From NCBI RefSeq assembly GCF_963921235.1, contig NC_086097.1, positions 197,534,001-197,598,000 of the forward strand: DNA of 64,000 nt. Direction: 5' to 3'. Made by a program: the position numbers and the translations under genes. The stretch is from Mobula hypostoma. Taxonomy: Eukaryota. The first letter of the stretch is position 1; every line of letters begins with the position of its first letter. The notes below the pieces were generated by a model. That model was not told the origin of the DNA, did no database searches, and was given only the letters and a program-made list of their open reading frames with translations. Below, in pieces: positions 1 through 11,148 of this stretch.

Positions 1-426
1 AATTATTCTCTTGAACCTACTCTGAATCCTCTCCAATGTCAGCACATCCTTTCTTAGATAGGAGACCCAAAACTGCTCACAGTGCACCAAGTGATGCCTC
101 ACTGGTGTCATATAAAACCGCCGTATTTACATCCTTGGTCTGGTATTCTAGCCTTCTTGGAATGAATGCTAACAATGAATTTGCCTTCCTCAGCATTGAC
201 TCAACCTGCAAGTTAACCTTTAGGGAATCCTGCACAAGGACACCCATGTCCCTTTACACCTCAGATTTCTGAATTTCCTCTCCATTTAGAAAATAGTCGA
301 CACTTTTATTTCTTCCACCAAAGTGCATGACCATACACTTCCTGACACTGTATTCCATTTGCCACTTCTTTGTCCATTTTTCTAATCTGTCTAAGTCCTT
401 TTGTAGCCCTTCTGCTTCCTCTACAC
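1..426 (-). mobile_element. CR1 LINE fragment (RT C-terminal region), cut by a hAT insertion
   Basis: The minus ORF reads LQKDLDRLEKWTKKWQMEYSVRKCMVMHFG, a CR1 RT C-terminal motif. It stops abruptly at the hAT TIR at 427. Confidence 0.85.
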
Positions 427-917
427 CAGGGGTCCCCAACCTTTTTTGCTCTGCTGACCGATTTATTATTGACAATATTCTTGCGGACCGGGGGTGGGGG
501 GGGTGGGTAGGGTTGCCAACGGACAAGAGGAGCAGTCAAATACATGGTGTTTACCCCGAGAAAGACTATGATGACCATGAAGCCTTGCGCGGGCACCTGT
601 GTGCGCATGCGTGTACGTGCTGTTTTTTTTCTACAAATCGTTTTTGGTGATTCTGTTGGGGGGGGGAGTGTTAATCACAACCGGAATATAGGTGATAAGT
701 GGCTAATACACTCAATTTTGTTTCTAAAAGGGTTTTTCTAACGAAGTTAATATTAAACACACAGCGAATATTTTCCTCACATGAATATAGTGATGTCAAT
801 TATCAGGGGAGGACAGGGGAACTTGAAGTAAGTGTTGAACGAACTTCCACTAGAAGTGGTAGAGGCAGGTTCGACATTATCATTTAAAGAAAAATTGGAT
901 AGGTATATGGACAGGAA

Positions 918-3671
918 GCTTAATATTCCAGGGTTCCGATGTTTCAGATGTGATTCAGGCAGAGGAATGAAAGGTGGGGGAGTAGCATTGCTTGTTAGGG
1001 AAAATATTACAGCAGTGCTCAGGTAGGACAGATTAGAAGGCTTGTCTACTGAGTCCTTATGGGTGGTGCTGAGAAACAGGAAAGGTATGGCCACATTAGT
1101 GGGATTGTATTACAGACCACCCAATAGTCAATGAGAATTGGAAGAGCAAATCTGCAGAGAGATAGCAGACAACTGCAGGAAACATAAAGTTGTGGTGGTA
1201 GGGGATTTTAATTTTCCATATATTGATTGGGACTCCCATACTGTTAGGGGTCCAGATGGTTTAGAGTTTGTAAAATGTGTTCAGGAAAGTTTTCTAAATC
1301 AATATATAGAGGGACCAGCTAGAGGGGATGCAATATTGGATCTTCTGTTAGGAAACGAGTTAGGACAAGTGACGGAAGTCTGTGTAGGGGAGCACTTTGG
1401 TTCCAGTGATCATAACACCATTAATTTCAACTTGATCATGGACAAGGATAGATCTGGTCCTAGGGTTGAGGTTCTGAATTGGAAGAAGGCCAAATTTGAA
1501 GAAATGAGAAAGGATCTAAAAAGCATGGATTGGGACAGGTTGTTCTCTGGCAAAGTTGTGATCGGTAGGTGGGAAGCCTTCAAAGGAGAAATTTTGAGAG
1601 TGCAGAGTTTGTATGTTCCTGTCAGGATTAAAGGCAAAGTGAATAGGAATAAGGAACCTTGGTTCTCAAAGGATATTGCAACTCTGATAAAGAAGAAGAG
1701 GGAGTTGTATGACATGTATAGGAAGCAGGGAGTAAATAAGGTGCTTGAGGAGTATAAGAAGTGCAAGAAAATACTTAAGAAAGAAATCAGGAGGGCTAAA
1801 AGAAGACATGAGGTTGCCTTGGCAGTCAAAGTGAAGGATAATCCAAAGAGCTTTTACAGGTATATTAAGAGCCAAAGGATTGCAGGGGATAAAATTGGTC
1901 CTCTTGAAGATCAGAGTGGTCGGGTATGTGCGGAACCAAAGGAAATGGAGGAGATCTTAAATAGGTTTTTTGCGTCTGTATTTACTAAGAAAATTGGCAT
2001 GAAGTCTATGGAATTAAGGGAAACAAGTAGTGAGATCATGGAAACTGTACAGATTGAAAAGGAGGAGGGGCTTGCTGTCTTGAGGAAAATTAAAGTGGAT
2101 AAATCCCCGGGACCTGACAGGGTGTTCCCTCGGACCTTGAAGGAGACTAGTGTTGAGATTGCAGGGGCCCTGGCAGAAATATTTAAAATGTCGCTGTCTA
2201 CAGGTGAGGTGCCGGAGGATTGGAGAGTGGCTCATGTTGTTCCGTTGTTTAAAAAAGGATCGAAAAGTAATCCGGGAAATTATAGGCTGGTAAGTTTAAC
2301 GTCGGTAGTAGGTAAGTTATTGGAGGGAGTACTAAGAGACAGAATCTACAAGTATTTGGATAGACAGGGACTTAATTAGGGAGAGTCAACATGGCTTTGT
2401 GCGTGGTAGGTCATGTTTGACCAATCTATTGGAGTTTTTCGAGGAGGTTACCAGGAAAGTGGATGAATGGAAGGCAGTGGATATTGTCTACATGGACTTC
2501 AGTAAGGCCTTTGACAAGGTCCCGCATGGCAGGTTAGTTAGGAAAATTCAGTCGCTAGGTATACGTGGAGAGGTGGTAAATTGGATTAGACATTGGCTCA
2601 ATGGAAGAAGCCAAAGAGTGGTAGTAGAGAATTGCTTCTCAGACTGGAGGCCTGTGTCTAGTGGTGTGCCACAGGGATCAGTGCTGGGTCCATTGTTATT
2701 TGTCATCTATATCAATGATCTGGATGATAATGTGGTAAATTGGATCAGAAAATTTGTTGATGATACAAAGACTGGAGGTGTAGTAGACAGTGAGGAAGGT
2801 TTTCAGAGCCTGCAGAGGGACTTGGACCAGCTGGAAAAATGGGCTGAAAAATGGCAGATGGAGTTTAATACAGACAAGTGTGAGGTATTGCACGTTGGAA
2901 GGACAAACCAAGGTAGAACATACAGGGTAAATGGTAAGGCACTGAGGAGTGCAGTGGAACAGAGGGATCTGGGAATACAGATACAAAATTCCCTAAAAGT
3001 GACGTCACAGGTAGATAGGGTCGTAAAGAGAGCTTTTGGTACATTGGCCATTGTTAATCAAAGTATTGAGTATAAGAGCTGGAATGTTATAATGAGGTTG
3101 TATAAGGCATTGGTGAGGCTGAATCTGGAGTATTGTGTTCAGTTTTGGTCACCAAGTTACAGGAAGGATATAAATAAGGTTGAAAGAGTGCAGAGAAGGT
3201 TTACAAGGATGTTGCGGGGACTTGAGAAACTCAGTTACAGAGAAAGATTGAATAGGTTAGGACTTTATTCCCTGGAGCGTAGAAGAATGAGGGGAGATTT
3301 GATAGAGGTATATAAAATTATGATGGGTATAGATAGAGTGAATGCAAGCAGGCTTTTTCCACTGAGGCAAGGGGAGAAAAAAACCAGAGGACATGGGTTA
3401 AGGGTGAGGGGGGAAAGTTTAAAGGGAACATTAGTGGGGGGCTTCTTCATACAGAGAGTAGTGGGAGTATGGAATGAGCTGCCAGACGAGGTGGTAAATG
3501 CGGGTTCTTTTTTAACATTTAAGAATAAATTGGACAGATACATGGATGGGAGGTGTATGGGGGGATATGGTCCGTGTGCAGGTCAGTGGGACTAGGCAGA
3601 AAATAGTTTGGCACAGCCAAGAAGGGCCAAGAGGCCTGTTTCTGTGCTGTAGTTTTTCTATGGTTTCTATG
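918..3671 (+). mobile_element. 5'-truncated CR1 LINE, family A (young), inserted inside the hAT
   Basis: It encodes APE endonuclease and RT and ends in a GTTTCTATG-type repeat tail. The host sequence GGACAGGAA|AGGAATGG is split at both ends. It is very similar to the copy at 44490-46523. Confidence 0.92.
1138..3595 (+). pseudogene. CR1 ORF2 (APE endonuclease + reverse transcriptase), frameshifted near 2374
   Basis: Endonuclease motifs are GDFN and SDH. RT motifs are [29 protein letters not shown] and FVDD. There is an extra A (CTTAATTAG here vs CTTATTAG in the sister copy) and an upstream TGA at 1132. Confidence 0.92.
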
Positions 3672-4371
3672 GAAAGGAATGGAGGGTTATGGGCTGAGTG
3701 CAGGTCGGTGGGACTAGGTGAGAATAAGCGTTTGTCACGGACGAGAAGGGCCGAGATCGCCTGTTTATATAAGTCACTTTTCAGTCAGTAGCATCATAAC
3801 ATTTTAAGTAACGTTTGGATATTAAACACACAGCACATATTTTCCCCGTATGAACATATAAAATTATTGCAACACACCAATATTGCTGAATCAGTGGGAG
3901 CCCTGGGCTTGTTTCCCTGCAACAAGACGGTGCCATTGAGGGGTGATGGGAGACAGCGATACTCGAAGGGGGTTCCTTATATCCAGTCTATTCTGCAATT
4001 TAGTTTTCGTTGCATTCATTGTAGAGATATGTTGGAAATGGAAGCAATGTTTTCAGTGCTTTCATGGCTATCTCAGGATATTTAGCCTTGAATTTAATCC
4101 AGAATGCTGGCAGAAATGTTATGTTAAACATACTTCTCAGCCCACTGTGATTTGCAAGCTCGAGGGGTTGATCTTCTTCCCATGCTGACATGGATGATGC
4201 GCAGGTAATGACCTCGCATGCGTAATGACCTCACTTACATTCAAGCTCAACAGTGGGCGTGACAGGGAATGAGGAAAGGAGCAGCTGAGACTCATATCGT
4301 TTCATATCGGCAAATCATATCGTTTCCTCGCGGCCTGATAGCGCATGCTTTGCAGCCTGCCCCTCCATCTA

Positions 4372-4470
4372 CAGTTGCAAGAAAAATTTGTGAACTTTGC
4401 AACTACCTGGTGTTCTGCTGTAATTACTCATAAAATGTGGCCTGATCTTCATCATACTCACAATAATAAG
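4372..4470. mobile_element. Tc1-like transposon terminal fragment
   Basis: TA followed by CAGTTGCAAGAAAAA..TGTGAAC resembles a fish Tc1 terminus. No partner end is seen. Confidence 0.45.
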
Positions 4471-4477
4471 ACCATAA

Positions 4478-7030
4478 CAGCTGCAGGGATGTGGACTACA
4501 AATTACAACTGGAAATAGAAAAGGCTTGTCAGAAGGGCAGTGTTATGATAATTGTGGGGGATTTTAACATGTGAATAGATTGGAAAAATCAGGTCGGGAC
4601 TGGATCTCGAGAGAGAATTTGTAGAATGTCTGTGAGATGGCTTTTTAGAACAGCTTGTTGTTGAGCCCACTAGGAGCTCGGCTGTACTGGATTGGGTATT
4701 GTGTAATGAACCGGAGGTGATTGGAGAGATTGAGGTGAACGAACCCTTAGGAGGCAGTGATCATAACATGATTGAGTTCACTGTGAAATTAGAAAAAGAG
4801 AAGCCGAAATCTGATGTGTCAGTGTTTCAGTGGAGTAAAGGAAATTACAGTGGCATGAGAGAGGAACTGGCCAAAGTTGACTGGAAAGAGACACTGGCGG
4901 GAAAGACGGCAGAGCAGCAGTAGCTGGAGTTTATGCGAGAAATGAGGAATGTGCAAGACAGGTATATTCCAAAAAAGAAGAAATTTTCGAGTGGAAAAAG
5001 GATGCAACCGTGGTTGACAAGAGAAGTCAAAGCCAAAGTTAAAGCAAAGGAGAGGGCATACAAGGAAGCAAAAATTAGTGGGAAGAGAGAGGATTGGGAA
5101 GTTTTTAAAACCTTACAAAAGGAAACCAAGAAGGTCATTAAGAGAGAAAAGATTAATTATGAAAGGAAACTAGCAAATAATATCAAAGAGGATACTAAAA
5201 GCTTTTTCAAGTATATAAAGAGTAAAAGACAGGTGAGAGTAGATATAGGACCGATAGAAAATGATACTGGAGAAATTGTAATGGGAGATGAGGAGATGGC
5301 AGAGGAACTGAACAAGTATTTTGCATTAGTCTTCACTGAGGAAGACAGCAGGATACCGGACACTCAAGGGTGGCAGGGAAGAGAAGTGTGCGCAGTCACA
5401 ATTACGACAGAGAAAGTACTCAGGAAGCTGAATAGGCTAAAGGTCGATAAATCTCCTGGACCAGATGGAACGCACCCTCGTGTTCTGAAGGAAGTAGCTG
5501 TGGAGATTGCGGAGGCATTAATGATGATCTTTCAAAAGTCGATAGATCCTGGCATGGTTCCGGAAGACTGGAAGATTGCAAATGTCACTCCGCTATTTAA
5601 GAAGGGGGCAAGGAAGCAAAAAGGAAATTATAGATCTGTTAGCTTGACGTCGGTGGTTGGGAAGTTGTTGGAGTGGATTGTCAGGGATGAGGTTACAGAG
5701 TACCTGGAGGCATATGACAAGATAGGCAGAACTCAGCATGGATTCCTTAAAGGAAAATCCTGCCTGACAAACCTATTACAATTTTTTGAGGAAATTACCA
5801 GTAGGCCAGACAAGGGAGATGCAGTGGATGTTGTATATTTGGATTTTCAGAAGGCCTTTGACAAGGTGCCACACATGAAGCTACTTAACAAGATAAGAGC
5901 CCATGGAATGACAGGAAAGTTACATACGTGGATAGAGCGTTGGCTGATTGGCAGGAAACAGAGAGTGGGAATAAAGCGATCCTATTGTGGTTGGCTGCCG
6001 GTTACCAGTGGTGTTCCACAGGGATCAGTGTTGGGGCTGCTTCTTTTTACATTGTACATCAACGATTTGGATTATGGAATAGATGGCTTTGTGGCTAAGT
6101 TTGCTGACGATACGAAGATAGGTGGACGGGCCGGTAGTGCTGAGGCAACGGAGAGTCTGCAGAGAGACTTGGATAGATTGGAAGAATGGGCAGAGAAGTG
6201 GCAAATGAAGTACAATGTTGGAAAGTGTATGGTTATGCACTTTGGCAGAAAAAATAAACGGGCAGACTATTATTTAAATGGGGAAAGAATTCAAAGTTCT
6301 GAGATGCAACGGGACTTGGGAGTCCTCGTACAGGATTCCCTTAAAGTTAACCTCCAGGTTGAGTCAGTAGTGAAGAAGGCGAATGCAATGTTGGCATTCA
6401 TTTCTAGAGGAATAGAGTATAGGAGCAGGGATGTGATGTTGAGGCTCTATAAGGCGCTGGTGAGACCTCACTTGGAGTACTGTGGGCAGTTTTGGTCTCC
6501 TTATTTAAGAAAGGATGTGCTGACGTTGGAGAGGGTACAGAGAAGATTCACTGGAATGATTCCGGGAATGAGAGGGTTAACATATGAGGAACGTTTGTCC
6601 GCTCTTGGACTGTATTCCTTGGAGTTTAGAAGAATGAGCGGAGACCTCATAGAAACATTTTGAATGTTAAAAGGCTTGGACAGAGTGGATGTGGCAAAGT
6701 TGTTTCCCATGATGTGGGAGTCTAGTACGAGAGGGCATGACTTCAGGATTGATGGGCGCCGTTTCAGAACAGAAATGCGAAGAAATTTTTTTAGTCAGAG
6801 GGTGGTGAATTTATGGAATTTGTTACCACGGGCAGCAGTGGATGCCAAGTCATTGGGTGTATTTAAGGCAGAGATTGATAGGTATCTGAGTAGCCAGGGC
6901 ATCAAAGGTTATGGTGAGAAGGCGGGGCAGTGGGACTAAATAGGATAAAATGGATCAGCTCATGATAAAATGGTGGAGCAGACTCGATGGGCCGAATGGC
7001 CTACTTCTGCTCCTTTGTCTTATGGTCCTA
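4478..7030 (+). mobile_element. CR1 LINE family B, 5'-truncated, ORF2 with stops
   Basis: ORFs 4699-4923, 4933-6663 and 6664-6939 carry [24 protein letters not shown] and FADD. The 3' UTR has a GGGCC/GGCC hairpin and a TCTTATGG tail. Confidence 0.92.
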
Positions 7031-7035
7031 TAATA

Positions 7036-7840
7036 CCATGAGATACAGGAGCAGAATTGGGCCATTTGGCCCGTCGAGTCTGCTCCACTATTTCATCATG
7101 CTGATCCAATTTTCCTCTTAGCCCCAATCTTTTGCCTTCCCTATGTATCCCTTTATGCCCTGGCCAATCAAGAGTCTATCAGCCTCTGCCTTAGTACAGT
7201 ATATATAAAGACTTGGCCTCCACAGCTGCCTGTGACACTGAATTCCACAGATTCAGCACACTCCAGCTAAATAAATTCTTCCTCATCTCTGTTTTAAAAG
7301 GATGCCCCTCTTTTCTGAGGCTGTGTTCTCTGGTCTTGGACTCTCCCAGCATAGAAAACATCCTCTCCACATGCACTGTATCAGGGTCTTTCACCATTTG
7401 ATAGATTTCAATGAGGTCATCCCTCATTCTTTAGAATTCCAGTAAATACAGACCCAAAGCCGTGAAAAACCCTTAATATGACAAGCCATTCAATCCTGGA
7501 GTTATTTTTATGAATCTGTTTTAAACCTTCTCCAGTTTCAGCACATTCTTTCTAAGATAAGGGACCCAAAGCTGCTCACTGTACTCCAAGTGAGACCTCA
7601 CTTGTGCTTTATAAAGTTTCAACATTACACTCTTGCTTTTATATTCTAGTCCTATGGAAATGAATGCTAACATTACATTTGCCTTCCTCACAACAGACTC
7701 AACCTGTATATTAACCTTTGGGGAATTCTGCACAAGGACTCCAATGTTGCTTTACGTCACAGTTTTTCCCCCCCAATTTTCTCTCCATTTGGAACATAGT
7801 TAACCCTTTCACTTCTACCAAAGTGCATGATCATGCACTT
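7036..7840 (-). mobile_element. Degenerate CR1 3' portion, tail-to-tail with the preceding CR1
   Basis: Minus ORFs 7191-7427 and 7521-7733 are the CR1 RT C-terminus. Its 3' UTR is the reverse complement of about 6950-7030. Confidence 0.85.
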
Positions 7841-8975
7841 CCCAACCTGTTTTGCACTGCGGACCGGTTTAATATTGACAATATTCTTGCAGACCGGCCG
7901 AGCCGGGGGGGGGGGAGGGGGAGGGGGTGTTAAACGCGACTGGAATATAGGTGATAAGTCAACTATAAGTCACTTGTCAGTGGCTAATACACTCAATTTC
8001 GTTTCTAAAGGGGTTTATCTAACGAATTTAATATTAAACACACAGCGCATATTTTCCTCACATGAATGTAGTGATAAGCCAATTATAACAGTGGTCCCAA
8101 ACCTCCGGGCCGTGAAGAATGCAATGGTACAGTGGTGGCCGGAACACACCCAGCACATATTTAAGAAAAAAGCCGAAATAAACAAGCTAATTGATTAGGT
8201 GCCGCCCGGCACGTAAGTGTCGGCCCAGCTCAGAGACGACACAATCGGCAATTACGCACCTAATTAATTAGCTTGTTTATTTTGCCTTTTTTCTTAAAGA
8301 TATGCTGGGTGCGTTCTGGCCACCGCTGTATTCTTCGCGGCCCGGAGGTTGGGGAACACTGAATTATAAGTCACTTAAATGTCAATAGCATCATAATATT
8401 TTAAGTGACGTTTGGATATTAAACACACAACACATATTTTCCTCGTATGAACACATAAAATCATTGCAACACACCAGTATTGCTGAATCAGTGGGAGCCC
8501 TGGGCTTGTTTTCCTGCAACAACACGGTGCTATCGAGGGGTGATGGGAGACAGCGATACTTTCTTATGTCCAGTCTATTCCTCAATTTAGTTTCCGTTGC
8601 ATTCATTGCAGAAAACTCTGCTTCGCAGATATATGTTGGAAATGGAAGCAACGTTTTCAGTGCTTTCGTGGCTATCTCAGGATATTCAGCCTTGACTTTG
8701 ATCCAGAATGCCGGCAGAGTTGTTATGTCAAACATACTTTTCAGCCTGCCATCATTTGCAAGCTCGAGGCGTTGATCTTTTTCCCGCGCTGACATGGATG
8801 ATTCCCCGGGGACATTCACAAATGCGTCACGGACCCATTCCTTTGCACGTCTTGGGTCACTGATGACCTCGCGTGTGTTAATTCAACAGTGTGTGACAGG
8901 GAATGAGGAAAGGTGCAGCTGACTCATGTTGCCAAATCATATTGTTTGCTTGCGGCTCGGTGGTTGGGGACCACT
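7840..8975 (-). mobile_element. hAT family B copy 2 (no CR1 cargo; carries a nested MITE)
   Basis: The left TIR is partial (CCCAACC) and the right TIR is GGTTGGGGACCACT. A transposase C-terminal remnant lies at 8391-8819 (LPAFWIKVKAEYPEIATKALKTLLPFPTYICEAEFS). Confidence 0.85.
8089..8361. mobile_element. 273-bp hAT MITE with long inverted arms
   Basis: The TIRs are CAGTGGTCCCAAACCTCCGGGCCG and CGGCCCGGAGGTTGGGGAACACTG. The 8-bp TSD AATTATAA is perfect (8081-8088, 8362-8369). Confidence 0.92.
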
Positions 8976-10434
8976 CTTAGCATTAAGAGAGATCAATCAG
9001 GATGCTCGCTCTCCCTCTCAATAAAATCTATTTCCGGGATATTGTATATAATTTCCGGGCGTCAGGGAGCCACTATCGATACGCACTCCCGGAACTTCTG
9101 GGAGAGGCAGGATGTCTGCTTCTTTACCATAGACTCAACCTTCTGGGAGTCTTGCATGAGGAGTCCTAAGTCCCTCTGCACCTATGATGTTTGAAACTTC
9201 TCTCCATTTAGATAATAGTCTACACTAATGGTCGCCAACCTTTTTAAGCCCAAGATCCCCTACCTCAGCCTTCGTGAAAGGCAAGATCTACCCACTAAAT
9301 TGTTTAGAGAAAGAACAACTCAGATTGTGCTTCCAACTTGAGGCCTTTTATTTGGGCTAATTGTATTTGAATTACATAAAATGCTTTTGTCAAACTTTCA
9401 AATTAATTCAACCAAGAAAACACTGTAACTAGCATATCAAACAGGCCATAGCTATCTTTCTTTAAGAATATTACAATACTTCATACCTTTTTTAGTAACT
9501 TCTACTTTGAAAAAGGACCGCTCGACAACCTCATGTCCAAAGGAAAAACTTTATCTGGGACAGCAAAACCAATGTAGCGGAGGGGCTTACACACACATGC
9601 GCAGAAAAGACCGGAAGTAATACTACTGGGAGTATTGCTATATTACCATTATCCTAATTGGTATTAACTTATCTTTATAATGCTCACATTACAACACTTT
9701 AAATTCCAACATTCCCCAAATGAAAAAGAACTAGGAAACAAAAAAACAGTGGTGTCATTATCTTATGTACCTCTGAAACTTATACTAGTGTCTCAGTAAC
9801 AGTTTACCAATACAAAACACCTAAAAAACGTGGCCGATTCAGCATTCAGTCTAACAAAGGAAATTGTCCATTCAAATATTCAGTCTGTCAAGAGGTTTGC
9901 GAGGGCGCTGTGCTGCAACAGATGAAAATTATGAAATCTAAGTACAGGAGCTGTCTTACTGATAGGGTTGCCAACTTTCTCACTCCCAAATAAGGGAAAA
10001 AAGTAGCAGTCAAATACGGGACACTTGTGTTTACTCAGAGAAAGACTACCATGACCATTAAGCCTTGCGCAGGAACCTTTGTGCACATGCGTGACGTGCA
10101 CATGCGTGTATGTGCAGATTTTTTTCTACTAATCAGTTTCGGCTTAATCTTCCCGATTCTGTTAAGTGAAACTATACTGTACATATATTATTTCTATTTT
10201 ATATAGGCTGTGTATTTATCATATCATTCCTGCTTTTACTATCTGTTAGTGTTATTTTAGGTTTTATGTGTTATTTGGTAGGTTATTTTTTGGGTCTGGG
10301 AACGCTCAAATATTTTTCTCGTATAAATTAATGGTAATTGCTTCTTTGCTTTACGCCATTTTGGCTTACAAACGGTTTCATCGGAATGCTCCACCTTAGC
10401 GGGGGAAGTACGGGACAAAGGCGGTCCTGTATGG

Positions 10435-11148
10435 CAGGGGTCCCCTACTTTTTTGCACCACGGACCGGTTTAATATTGACAATAACCGACCGGGGGTAGG
10501 GGGGTGTCCAAGTAGGGTTAAACTCACCTCAACATGTCTTTTACAGTTAGGGTTGCCAGCTTTCTCACTCCCAAATAAGGGACAAAAGTAGCAGTCAAAT
10601 CCCGAGACACTTTACCACTTTACCCCAGGAAAGACTACCATGACCATGAAGTCTTGCGCGGACACCTGTATGCGCATTTGATGTGTGCATGCATGCACGT
10701 CCCGATTTTCCCCCCACAAATGGGGTTTCCCTTCATCTTCCCGACTATATTGTACATACATTATTTCTACTTTATATAGGATGTGTATTTATCATATAAT
10801 TCCTGCTTTTACTATATGTTAGTGTTATTTATTTTCGGTTTTATGTGTTATTTGGTATGATTTGTTAGGTTATTTTTTGGGTCTGGGAATGCTTAAAAAT
10901 TTTTCCCATATACATTAATGGTAATTGCTTCTTTGCTTCACGCCATGTCAGCACGAAAAGTTTCATAGGAATGTTCTACCTTAGCAAGGGAAATACGAGA
11001 CAAACCAATTTAACCCAATATACGGGATGTCCCGGCAAATATGGGACAGTTGGCAACCCTATGTTCAAGTTCAACAGTGCGTGACAGGGAATGAGGAAAG
11101 GTGCAGCTGACTCATCACTTCCTCACGGCCCGTGGTTGGGGACCGCTG
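10435..11148. mobile_element. Short hAT family B derivative nested in family A
   Basis: The TIRs are CAGGGGTCCCC and GGTTGGGGACCGCTG. The TSD is CTGTATGG/CCGTATGG (7/8). Confidence 0.88.
10513..11061. mobile_element. Second family A copy nested inside the family B derivative
   Basis: The canonical TIR is at 10548 and the right TIR AGTTGGCAACCCTA ends at 11061. A TSD TGTCCAAG/TGTTCAAG (7/8) flanks 10513-11061. The body is homologous to the outer family A copy. Confidence 0.85.

Larger units (their letters stand above)
427..4359 (-). mobile_element. Non-autonomous hAT (Charlie/Buster-like) element, family B copy 1; right end truncated; contains nested CR1
   Basis: The TIR CAGGGGTCCCCAACC is at 427, preceded by CTCTACAC (a Charlie-type target). 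It is colinear with the copy at 21167-22493. A transposase C-terminal remnant (FWIKFKAKYPEIAMKALKTLLPFPT) lies on the minus strand at 4000-4191. Confidence 0.85.

Noticed and set aside
1410..3543. Antisense ORFs over CR1 (also 33884-34622 and 45173-46544)
   Set aside because: These are shadow frames of the purine-rich LINE coding strand and recur only because the repeat recurs.
1138..6939. RT ORFs as a prokaryotic RT system (retron, DGR, group II intron)
   Set aside because: APE endonuclease-RT fusions with CR1 motifs, 3' microsatellite tails and 5' truncation identify them as vertebrate LINEs.
7901..7930. G-runs as functional G-quadruplex (also ~490, ~21240, ~21425)
   Set aside because: This is a length-variable poly-G tract of hAT family B with no independent evidence of function.
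8391..8819. Domesticated ZBED/FAM200/SCAND-like gene
   Set aside because: It is only the transposase C-terminus, multi-copy, mutated and enclosed by TIRs.
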